Assembly: GCA_976226885.1 (NCBI GenBank)
Contig: OZ320322.1
Coordinates: 28,768,001-28,832,000, forward strand
Direction of reading: 5' to 3'
Origin: Iphione sp. A-MEVVRFRX5
Lineage: Eukaryota
Length of the DNA: 64,000 bases
Part shown: one piece after another, positions 1-11,377 of the stretch
How the letters are laid out: every line of letters starts with the position of its first letter
Numbering within the stretch: position 1 is the first letter of the stretch
The notes under the pieces: model-generated
Seen by the model: only the letters and a program-made list of their open reading frames with translations
What the model was told of the DNA's origin: nothing
The model's database searches: none
Translations under genes and position numbers: made by a program

Positions 1-56
1 ACCCATCATTATGGTGATCTACTCACGCTCCGGCAGGCGACGCAGCCCTTACAATA

Positions 57-596
57 TGTGACCCCCAGTAACGCCACTCCAGGCAACTCTCTCTCTTTCT
101 CTCCTATAGCCTCTCCTCCCCTGCCGTGGTGATAGCGTCCCATTCAAGTATGGCATGGCTCGTGTCTAAGCTCTTCACGCTGTCACTATTCTCACCCGTG
201 AGCTACTCTGCTGCACCTGCTCTTCCTCCTTTAATTTTTTCCTGCCTCATCTCGCTCCCTTTCTCTTCCTCGCTATTCACACACTCTTTCTGCCAACCCT
301 CCCCCATATCTCATAATCCTCATGCATTTGGTGGCTGCCAATGGGAATCCCGGGCTTCACTTCGCACTCCTCGGGTTACTGATCCAATATTGAGATGCTC
401 AGATGGCCGTGGCCGTGTTCAACTACGCAGTTACAACGGCGAGGAAAAACTGGGAGTCAGACCAATGTATGGCATCCATTCAGCTATCCGCGCTTACTAG
501 TTCTCTGCCTCCCTCCCTCTGGTGGCTTCTCTAAGTGCCTTGACTGAGTGGCTTCTTGTGTGGCTTCCTTGGTGTGTGTGACACCATCCCTCCCCT
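57..596 (-). mobile_element. Possible 3' end of an LTR retroelement (polypurine tract plus putative ~527 bp LTR)
   Basis: On the minus strand the purine tract AGGGGAGGGATGG (596-584) directly abuts TGTCACA (583-577). A TG...CA-bounded segment can be drawn from 583 to 57, with a 5/6 terminal inverted match. No partner LTR, target-site duplication or pol domain is visible. Confidence 0.25.
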
Positions 597-2478
597 GATG
601 GTGGTCAGGCGTAGGCCCCGCACACCAGAGAACATGACCGGCCGTCTTCACATCTTCACTCCCTGGAGGCTATCCGACCACCATAGGTCTCCCTCCTCGC
701 TGGCCATGATGTGCCTGGGATACAAGGCGTGTGCATTCACCTTCAGGAGCCTTGCCCCAGCCTCCCTGGCCTATACGTAGTATACTCAGTCACCGACACA
801 GCGTAAAGCACTCCACTCTACAGGCCCATTGCCACGTGATATATGGGGCTCTCTCCCTGTAGCCGCGAGAGTATTCCAAGACTGCCTCGATAAGTGTTTA
901 TATATACACATACATATATGTAACAGCATGGCCAAAAAAGGAGACGTCTAGTTCAAATGGCATTCCCTCCCCTTAGAAGTGTTCACCTCGAGGAGATAGC
1001 CATATAAAAATTCCTTTTACATTGCAATTCTTAAGCTCGAGCTAGGTTCCCAGTTCCGCAGTTGAGGCAGCACAATTTACAAGGCAATATCCTTAACCTA
1101 CAAATCATGACTTTTATTCCAACTAGCATGATTTTTTTTCAACTTTCAAGATTGGCTTTCTTAGGTCCGGTCGATAAATCAATACGTAGCCGTGAGTGCC
1201 TGTAGAATCCTTTAGGAAAGTGTTACATAATTAGATATCGCAGTCTTGCGCCACATCGCATTTTCACAGGAACCGGCCAACCGTGAGTTTGGATCCTGTG
1301 AAAACAGCCGGAGGCTGGAGCCATGAATTATAGAGGCAAGCCGACCTAGGAAGCAACTTACCTCATCGCAAAGTAAGACACGCCTTATTTCGTGGACCCC
1401 ACCGTTAATCAAATGAATATGCAAGGTAGGTTTTATTGCGCGCAATAATATTGAAAAATCTCGACGCGTGCTTTAAATTTCCATATTCTTCTTTTAAATT
1501 GATTGATTGTGACAAGGGTACTTGTATAATTTTGAGTAGGAGCGTGGGTAGAGATTGGAATTAAAGCACGCCCGGGATGTAATGCTTTTCATAATAAAGA
1601 TTCCATTATTTTTCGAGTTTTAATGCAAAAGTCCCAAATTGCCGAAGAGACTTTGAAAGTGAATTATCACTTGATGGTACCTACGTCAATCTATTTCATT
1701 CGATGGGCTAATCCAGATATAAAAGACACTTCCTGTCCATATTACGTGAAAGACCTCCGAGGGCCATTTCATCGTTGCCTTGCTAAAAATATCGTAAAAT
1801 GCCCTTCAGGAAATTTTAATTTTGCAGTAAACAGGCCTCAGTGGTATTACTATACAATGTATAACAGAACCATTTAGGGATCTTCAGAACAGAGAAAAGA
1901 TCCAATATATTGTAGTTATAGAACACGACAAGAAAAGCCTCTTGAGAGGATGGCTGTCCACTACAAACAAGGCGTTGGTGTGTCTAATCGATGTAGGCCA
2001 AACAGGTTGGAAATGGAATGTGCTATTTGGTTGCATGTGTCCGGCCAGCGGACGGCGGGCAGGTCTGTGGCAGCGGCGAGGTCAGGGAAGGTCACCGCCA
2101 GGGTGACAAGGAGGCGGGAGCTTGGGGAGTACTGTTTTCTTCCTGTCTACATGCTGCTTGTCTGGTCAGGGACATGTTTGGCACACACACTAGCAGCCTT
2201 CGTCTCTTCCTTTCGGCAATTTAACTTTTAGTCGAAGAATGGCCCAAAAGACGGGAAGAATACTTCCTATAACAATATTTTACATTCATATTCCCAAGAA
2301 TCGTCGCCAGGAAAGCAAGGTGAATAAGAATCAATACGTTACCCTCGTTATATGCATAGGTGCGCCTCATAAGGCGTAATATTGAAGGGTTACCAAAATA
2401 GTATTACAGTAGTTTAACACAGGATTTTATTTCGTTGGTTAATGTGCAGACGGTCTTGGAAGAAAGAAAATCAATTTG

Positions 2479-2560
2479 ACTTACCGATACACAACTAATA
2501 CGTAAGGGCTTGTCCAAACGCTTTATTCACTCACCTGAAAATAAATCAATGCAATTCATT
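2479..2560 (-). other. Candidate recursive splice site with 50-nt cryptic RS-exon (2534-2485)
   Basis: Minus strand reads ...TTGATTTATTTTCAG|GTGAGTGAATAAAG...GTGTATCG|GTAAGTC. The acceptor AG (2536-2535) is immediately followed by GTGAGT, and a second donor GTAAGT lies at 2484-2479. The 50-nt exon has stops in all three frames. Confidence 0.5.
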
Positions 2561-2599
2561 GTAATGGAGTCTGTGAAACTGCTTCCTCTCTTTAAACAA

Positions 2600-2752
2600 T
2601 GTATAATGAGTATCGACTACTCGAAAGCATGGGACAATGAATGGCATATCATTATTACTCTCTATTTATTCTCGCCTTTCAAAAGCATCCCTGATTACGA
2701 CGCTTTGGACAAAATCATTGAAAAACTATTTCTTTTTACAGGAAGACGACTA
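2600..2752 (+). mobile_element. Possible decayed non-LTR (LINE) reverse transcriptase fragment
   Basis: ORF 2510-2938 contains IDYSKAWDNEWH...FLFTGRRL. This resembles the LINE RT pattern DFSKAFDxVxH...FLxxRxQ with roughly correct spacing. No other RT motifs were recognised. Confidence 0.25.
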
Positions 2753-3752
2753 ATGACTATTTTGATTAAAATTCTTTTTGATGACCTAAATAAAAGTCCC
2801 GATAAATCCTACTGCAGATGTTTTCTCTTATTTAACATTTTATTGTTATGTAGCTTGTGTGTACGTTTTATTGGCGCGATAGCTTCCAGAACCGTATACA
2901 AATCTATTTGTCCGAGAAGAATTTGTCTTAGAGCATAGAAATACTTGTTCCTCACAGATGTCATAAAGAAATTTCCGAAGGTTTGTATACCAAACATTTC
3001 TGGGGAAAAAACAACTTCGTAAAAAATAACGCGTATAGCTGAAGGCGATAGATTTCATGGACGACGCGATTGACAACGCAAGTGTCAAATCATAGAATCA
3101 GAGCTGTCCAAAATTTGACAGAAGAAAATGGGCTGGGGAAAATCTGGAATGCATTTAAGCACCTGAAATTGTAAACGTGTATAGCTTATCTAAAAGCTAC
3201 TTTATCAAAGGAACTTTGTCTAAGTAGTTTGCCTTCGGCTTGTTCTAGTATGCAGATCACGGCATGGCCTGCCAGAATATGACCATTACTTGCCCCGAGC
3301 CTCCAAACAGAGAAAACCGCTAACGGATGCGGGTCCCTCTCAGCATCGGTAGCACACAACATTGCCCTGAGCAACTGGCGGCGCCGGAGAGTAGCTCCGA
3401 ACAGCTCTCAACGACTCGCCGAACACATCTCAGAGCAAATCCATAGCGCTGGAGTAGAGATCCGACTCGGAAGACATCATGAACATCGCTTGTAGCAGCC
3501 GTCGAGTACATCTAAATGTCAAGGCGACCCCTAGGGAGTGTTTCGTAATGTTTTCCTCGCGGAAGTATTAGCAAAAAGGCACGTCGGATATCTGTAGGTG
3601 GATGAATGGCGGGAAGACGTAGAAGTGTTTGTAAAGAAAATGTGGGGAAATTGTTTGCAGGTACACCGTGAGAACTTCGAGTCCTGGTGGAAAGCTGGTC
3701 TACATTGGCACAGCACATCCCGATTCCTGTTTACTCTGGGAGATTCTTCAAG

Positions 3753-3816
3753 TCTGTCTGGCCACCTGTCTGTCTGTCTGCCTGTCTCTCTCTATCTCTT
3801 TTTCTCTCTGGCCACC

Positions 3817-3890
<74 letters not shown>

Positions 3891-3912
3891 CCCCCCCCTC
3901 TCTCTCTCTCTC
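3753..3912. repeat. Compound microsatellite (TCTG)n/(TC)n with an internal 50-bp-period duplication
   Basis: TCTGGCCACCTGTCTGTCTGTCTG occurs at 3757 and again at 3807, followed by (TCTG)n and (TC)n runs. Confidence 0.95.
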
Positions 3913-4571
3913 ATCCGACCTCCCTCTCAATGTCCATTTCGTGACCGGAGTATATGTACATGTATCTCGTAATGAATTACGCATTTCCCAGTGCGTTATG
4001 ACTCTTGTATACGAGGGTACCATTTATCATTTGTGGAGGTGGTTGAATGAATATAATGTCCTTTCACTAATGCAGTGCGGTCCATTCAAGCGACGTCGGA
4101 CCAGAATCTGCTTCGGCACCGCGCGGAATACAGATTGGGAAATAAATGTCGGAATCTAGGCGGCAGAATAGACTGGCAGATAATGTGCTCAATTTGTGCG
4201 GCCACTGCCGGTGAGAATAGATGGAATGACTAACAATGCGCGGATGAAGCCTTCCGGTTGTAATCGGAGTGCGGGGAACCGGCTTGTTACATGGCTTGTC
4301 GTCTTAGAGCAGTTGTAGTAGAGCAGCACCTGGTGAAGAGCGCCTAGCGCCGATGATAATCGCCGCAGCGTAGGGGCAAGTAACGCAAGCCAGGAGATCA
4401 CCACGTCCTTTTAAAAAAAACGGAAGGAGAGAACGATAGGACAAGATGTGTGATTGGACCTTGTGGTACGCCGCGTGTAGCAAAGGGGAAGTAAATATGC
4501 ACTGTACTGTTTAACAGGCGAGATATGTGTGAGCAACTTGCAACCGTGTCGATGAATGTTACTGTTAAGTC

Positions 4572-4606
4572 TGTGTGTGTGTGTGTGTGTGTGTGGATGT
4601 GTGTGT
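4572..4606. repeat. (TG)n microsatellite
   Basis: Direct observation. Confidence 0.9.
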
Positions 4607-6883
4607 AACTCTATATGTACGCATGACACCTTGCTTCAGTGGCCTTGACACAAGAAGAATCTGACCACATCGCGAGGGCTATAACGTGAGCTCACTTCAT
4701 TGATTAGTGTCGCCAATAGGGGAGCACATTCGAACCACATTATAGCTTCGCCTATCATCGGAGTGCCATAAAAACCGCCCGAACTAAAAGGGCGCGCGGC
4801 GATAACACTGTTAAGTACACTACCCCGGGCGGGGCCGGTGAATGGGGCCGAGACGTGCCCAGAAAGCCGCTCCCTGGAGGCTCCTCGCCTGGCCAATGGT
4901 GCTAGCCACTCACCACGGTCACAATCGCAGCCAGTGCGCCTTTTCAGTCAAACGCCAAACATCGAGCGGCCATTGTTACCTTTCCGGTTGGTCTGCCGCT
5001 CCGACAGCTGTTGGCGGCTGGAAGAAGTATTCGGAAGATGTGGTGTATGGCGCTAAGAATTCTGGCGCGGGGGGTGGGGCGGTTATCCAGGAGGGATGAT
5101 GGTCAAGCCGTGCTGATCTCTACGCATATGTGTGTATGTATCACTGTAGCTAAGGAAGGAAGGCTTTCCCCTGTAGGTGTATGTGTGTGTGTGTGTACAT
5201 GTGTGTATGTGTGTGTGGGGGGGGCGAGTGTGAACAGAAAGGTAGTAGTCGCGGTAAGCTAAGGCGGGTGCTGGGCAGGCGGCACTGGGGTATGGGCCTG
5301 GTACGGTTAGACCCTGAATCAACCTTTCAGCTGGCGCTGAAGTCAATGCGGACTAGAGGAGCATTCATTCACATTCCACCACCGAAATAGGCCATCACCC
5401 GACGCCCGGACAGGTCCTGATTGAATCAGCCGACATCAAGGCCCAGGAGAACCGCTTCCTGCAGACGCTACCGTCACCAGCGGCGCGGCCCAGGACAGAC
5501 CGCCGGCTTGCCAAAGGCAGGCTAGTAGTTTATGAAATTGGGAGTTTTAATGGGGCGAATATGGCGTGACGTCTTTGCTTTAAAAAAAACACGCGTCGAC
5601 CATGTTCAAAAGTCTGCACATGCTCCAGTAACGCACATCTAGTGGCAAGCAATCATCGTGTGCCGACTGGCTCTTAGTTATAATCTGTAAGGTTGGATCC
5701 GACCAGCTTCTCCCACATTATTGTTAAATGACGCGCGCCTTTGATATGGCAAAAGGATGAGGGGGACATCGGAGCGGGGACAAAATCCCAATGCAAGCGC
5801 AACGTAGCGAAAAAAAACGATGCGTCTGTATGCAGAGAGATGATCATTCTTCTAGTTATCGTCGGGGGGTCACTTCGGACAGCCAGTGTGGGCTCTGAGA
5901 AATGGAAACTATTTAATGAATACTTGGGAATGGTATGGTGTGTGGTTTATTAAAGGTCTGCCATTCGTCTATATGCAGAGTTTTACTTAATATCTGCAAA
6001 GGCCCAGCGGGAACTATGATGGCATAAGTGACTCAGCAACATTCGTCCAGCCTATTTAGTGGGGCAACCGCAGAACTATCGAAATCTGGGTGTACATTTA
6101 GTTACATAAATGTAGTGTAAAGCCCCTTAAGGACATAAGTAAAACAGGAACACTTCGGGGGGAAAATACATTGCATTTTCTATATTACAGAAAGTATTAG
6201 ATTTGCATTATATACATTCACGTACTCCCTTTTGCAATGAGATCAGTAAGGAAAGCATAGGTCTACACACAAAGCAGAACGAATACAAAATTTATGATCA
6301 GTAAAGAGGAAACCTGAGAGTTTATAATTTTGAAAAGAAGCGATGACAGTGTGTAAGTTTGTTCATCCCGCATCGATATCGTACCTTACCATTTAAGATA
6401 AAGCGAAATGGCAGTGATATCACAGTGCCATCCCTTAGTTGATTTAATATGTCCCTAACCGTCATCTTTAACGGATAAACAAAAGTGATAAGACTTCAAT
6501 ATAATAATGAAAGCATTTCTAGAGCAAATCAGTTCCTACAGTACAAAAAGGATTACCCGACTGAAAAAGGGGAACACGAGCCTCGTCATCGAAAATAAAT
6601 GAACCGAAATTCTAATCATGCCGACAAGTGAAATAGGTTGTTTAGGCTGAGGACGCTTAATGAAGTAAGAGAAACCCGGGTGACTAGTCGACTGTCAAAG
6701 CAACTGTCAAGATGCTGATGTAATCTCTGACAGTAATGAAACAACGCCGGTCGTCTACCTGCCCGTCCGTCAAGTCGCTGCTCCCGCCGACATGGCCGAC
6801 AGGCGGCGCCGCCGTCGCCGCCTTTCACAAAACCCTAATGAGCGTGAAATGATTTTCCCCCGACTTTCATTACGAGAATGCTA

Positions 6884-8900
6884 CTAAGCACCACCGTCAT
6901 CTGTTTCCTCGCCGCAGGTCGAGATGCCTTCTTGATGACGTCGACGGAAAACCCGGTGAGGGGGAACGCAGCAGAGGCCGGCGGAGGTAAGGGGGGAAGT
7001 TGCGGTCAAGACGGTGTCGTACGGTGTTAGCAAGGCGATGACGATGTTTATCGTTGGGTGGTAGTCCCACGCGCCAGTGAAGGAGATAGTGATTGCTGAC
7101 GATAAAGGTGTTAACGGAGAGTGAAGTGCGGCGCTGGTGCTCGTCATTGTGTTTACGGGCATTGTGGTAGTTAGGTTAGAATCGGCGGTGGTGGAGGGGA
7201 ATAGTAGCCAAGTAGAACTAAAGGTGGCGGTAGCGGTTGGTGATGACGGTGGTCGGTAGTAGTAAGGGTTGTCGTACTGTAAAATTGACCGTGGAGGATA
7301 GTTGGGGTGATGTATCATTGCAACTGACTGAACTGACATCAGTGCTTTTAGCAGGTTTTCCCTGCTGGTTCTTGCAGGGGAAGTGGTAGGACCGATGATG
7401 TCAAACGGGGGCTTAATATCGCGACAATTACAGTATGCACTAGGGGTGCCTGTTTCCCCTGTGTTGTTGATGGTGGTAATTGACACTGTGGCGAAAGTGA
7501 CTGAGGCGGTGCTATGTGTGGTGCTGTTGCTGTTAGTCTTCTTGTTGTTGTTGTTGCTGTTGTTGGTGGTGTAGTGAAGTTGTCAAGGATCCTCTGTGTC
7601 CAGGTGATTCGTGGTAGTGGTGCATAGTAGACCTCACTGGGATTGTGATAATGTTTTTACTATGGGTTGGGTAAGTGGATGTGGAAATGGGCCCTCTGTC
7701 CTCTGTCATGTCGTGAATGGTGAGGACGACGATGGTGGTGGTGGTGGTGGTGGTGGTGATGGTGGTGGTGGTGGAGGTAGTGCTGGTGGTGCTGGTGGTA
7801 CTGCTGGTGGTGCTGGTGCTGGTGCTGGTGGTGCTGGTGGTAAGGGGCAGTGACAGAGGTAATGGCGGCTGGTGATAGTGGTGGGTAAAGGTGACGGTGG
7901 ATGCGGTGCTGGTGTTATTGCTATGACTACTGGTGTTGCTATTTCTGTTGATGGCGATGGTGCCAGGTGTAGTATTGGATTCACAATGCCCCGGACTAGG
8001 CGTGAAAGAGCTGCTGCTTATGGCTCGCTACAAGAATCTTAAGTTAATTCTTACTATATGGTGCAGGTTGTTATACCATGAGAAGGATCCGTACCGGCAG
8101 GGAACGCCAGCTACAGCCCTGGTTGGCGCTATGGTGATTCGGGAGGGACAGCGCCGATGGTAGCAGCTAGTCCTGCTCTCTTCATGCCGGGCGCCTTTAA
8201 AGTAATATTGTTGATGGTATGAGTAGGCTTGTCGGATTGGGTGTGGTCGCTGCATTCAGGGTTGTTGGGACATGGGCACTGGTTGGTTTAGGGAAAATGA
8301 TGCCGGCAACTATATTGTTCACAGAACTGATTGATGTGGCATTGCCTGCGTATATGTACCGTGATATATACCAGGATGACAACACCCTTGGTGGACCTGA
8401 CTGTGGCAGACAGGATTTATAGTGCTGGGGTCTGTGACACCCGTGACAGTGGTGGTGTGTGCGGTGCTGTTTACAGTAAAACTGGCAGTTGTAAAAGAAA
8501 TGGTGGCATGATTAAAGCGGGGATAGTAGCGGTGAGATTAGAGCCGGGGCCAATTTGGTGTGGCTTGAGTGTCGGTATGTATGATATCGATAGTACTGGT
8601 GTTGACAGTAGCAGAATTCTGACAGCACAGTGCTGGGAAAGGCCGTGGCGTTGGCAAAGATAGCGATAACGCTTGGTACGAGTATAGTTGACTTGACTAG
8701 TGAGCGGTAACAAGAGGGACAAAGGTGGGTGAATAGACTGAGTGTATGCTAACATGTCCAATCATATCGAGAGGGAAGAGGGGAAAGGAAGTGAACAGAG
8801 GAAGTCATGTCGGTACAAAGACACACTGAAGTCGATGTTGGGAGTAGTAGTGTTAGTATGTACTAACATTACCAACTACTACTATTCATAGTAGTAGCCG
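6884..8900. repeat. G+T-skewed low-complexity block containing (TTG)n at ~7543-7572 and (GGT)/(GCTGGT)n at ~7733-7840
   Basis: The plus strand is dominated by degenerate GGT/GTT/GCT/GAT triplets. Minus-strand ORFs are S/T/P-rich, switch frames and show no recognisable domain. Confidence 0.7.
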
Positions 8901-11364
8901 CCGTAGTAAAGAAGAGAAAAGAAGGAAGAGGAAACAACACTAGAGACCGGTATTGACGGGGAAGTGAAAAGAATACGGACACAAAATGAGTCCCAAGTTG
9001 GTGGGTATGGAGCAAGGCTTGCTTGCGGCAATGGCACGTATCGACATAACCGCCAGCGCCGGTAACGTTATGTCAATTCATATGAGAAAGCCTGGTCAAA
9101 TAGCGATCAAGACTAAGTCAAAATGGATGTAGTTGCCACTCTCAAAGAGGCCGAGAAACTACGACGATCTACATACTCGCGAGACATCCTATTCCGAAAT
9201 GAACGAAGCAAAGTGCTTGTAATTATTCTCCTGGGCTAGTGTCTGGAGAACCTAATAATTCTATATTACCTGTATGTGAAGCAAGGCTACACTAAAACAT
9301 TTCTAAATATGTGCAACTTCGGAATGAATGGACTACCATAGTGTTGTGATGGATGCTCCTTTCCAATTAGTCAAAGTGTTAACAATAATATCCCTATTCC
9401 ATTTATATCATCTGTGAATATGACCACCCTATATCATCTGTACATATCACAACAAACTTAAATATGTATTACAATTGATTGTACCTAAGAATCTGCACGA
9501 TAATGTATATATAAGTATCAGGATTGATTGATGAATATTTTATTCCAACAAGTCGCACCAAAGGTCGGTATTATCAGTGTGGAATTACAGCATCACAATT
9601 ATTTGTTTCACAATTTTTACAATACAAATACAATTTGAAAAAACGTCTTATACATGTAACTAAATTGAAGAGACAGTAGGAGATAGGCAGAAGAAAAAAA
9701 TAAGTGAAAAGTAAGAAGAGAGAAAAAAGAAAGAGTTTCAATTATGAATAAAGGCAATTAAAACAACGAAAATTTTACGGCGGACCGCTACAAGGCACAG
9801 TACAGGCATGTCATAATGTTTAAGGTATAACAATTATTTTACTCTCCTTCCATCAGGTTGGTGAATGGAAACATATTTAAAGCAATCATCACAATAATAA
9901 GATTAAATTCCACAATAAAAGAATACACGGCGATTATTGACTAAGAGAAAAAAGAGAGAGAGAGAGAGCGAGACAGAACACGAGAAAGCAGGAGATATAT
10001 GAATAAGGAAGCCGAGAGGGAAGGAGATGGAAGACCCAAAAGAAATGTAGTCTTATTATCAGACATTCTCCTAGCACATGACAGAGAGCGACACCTAACG
10101 ATAACAACTTCTAATCGTTGTCAATCCTTCTGGCCCTGGGTCATGTGAGACTTCAGGTAACTGATGGTACATCATTAACGACCACAAAAAGGACAGCGGA
10201 GTTCCAATAAATGTCGATGTGGGGTGTCAAATTATGAACATGTAACATCACCCAGCGGACGAGCCTTCATTCACTCTACCGCAGTGATTGTTGGGGGGGG
10301 GGTGAGGAGAGGCAGTCGCCCACACCTAGTGACAACGTGCTATAAGTGCAGGAAGTCATGGAGTGCCAAATGGATTTCGGAGGAGCAGACTGCATATGCT
10401 GTCGCATGATGCAGCTGCCGCCACGTCTATCATGGATGGTCGGGAGTATACGTGCGTCCTTGTACGTGCATGTGTGCGTGCGTAGCGTGCGACGCGAACG
10501 CGGCCGCCGTATATCTCATCAATGTCAGCCGGTGGGCAGGCCAGCCAAGCCGGAACAGTGCCTGTTCTCAGCCCCATTAGTCCCGCCGCGGAGAGCGGAC
10601 TGGCGTAATCAGAGAGACCTTTAGCGGAGCGACCCGGTTAGACAGTGTTGAGGGCTTCCCACTGATGACCTTCGGTGGTTCGGTCGAGGTACGATCGATG
10701 TCCTTGCTCGGACAGTGATGAGAAGTGAGGCAGTGATGGTGACAGGTTGTCATGTCCCACTCGTCTCCAAGGCCATTGACGCTCGATCCCTCACAGGCAT
10801 GCCTAACGAACGCACTCGCTTCCCCTTGGTTTTATTCTCTGACAGGGCAGGGGGTAGAGGTGGGGGAGGGGGAGGGGGTTAGCCCGCGGTTGCCGACAGG
10901 GATATTTTTTCCCTCTTTTCATTTTGATTTGTACCAGGCTCAGACAGGAGACTGAAAGGAGAAATTTAGTACCTTTTGTTGCTCAATGCAAAGATTACAC
11001 AGGAAGGAAATTGGCTGGAATGATCCTTACAAGCCATCCCTTTGGCTCGAAATGTAGGGGGAAAATTAGCAGATGAAGGGCAGCATTTTAAGATCTTCAG
11101 TTTAATTGTGACAGATATTCCTGCTTCAATTCAATTTTTCGTTCTTGTATTTTAACAGAAAAATTAACACATAATCAGAAACTTCATAACAAGCATGTTG
11201 AGCTGTAACACAACATCAGACTCCAGTTTGTTTTTTTAAATTACTTTCCATACCGTTCAATTATCACGAGTCACATTGCCCTTCTATCGGCAAATCTGAA
11301 ATCCACATTGACATTTCTAAAGAGTGCGGACTGATAATGATTACGCACAAGGACTCCAATATGA

Positions 11365-11377
11365 CCACCAGGTGGCA
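11365..11377 (+). promoter_or_regulatory. CTCF-type binding motif
   Basis: TGA-CCACCAGGTGGCA-ATA is a 13/13 match to the CCRSYAGRKGGCR core. Confidence 0.5.

Noticed and set aside
4110-4118. GCTTCGGCA, as in the U6 snRNA 5' stem-loop
   Set aside because: Only 9 nt match and the flanks do not resemble U6.
6830-6838. Plant telo-box AAACCCTAA
   Set aside because: Single occurrence, compatible with chance, and no telomeric array is present.
10338-10361. CYKCRKSW resembling a gag CCHC zinc knuckle
   Set aside because: The His and final Cys are missing and there is no adjacent gag or pol signal.
10552-10568. GGAACA-n5-TGTTCT steroid-response-like palindrome
   Set aside because: The spacer is 5 nt rather than the canonical 3, and it is a single instance.
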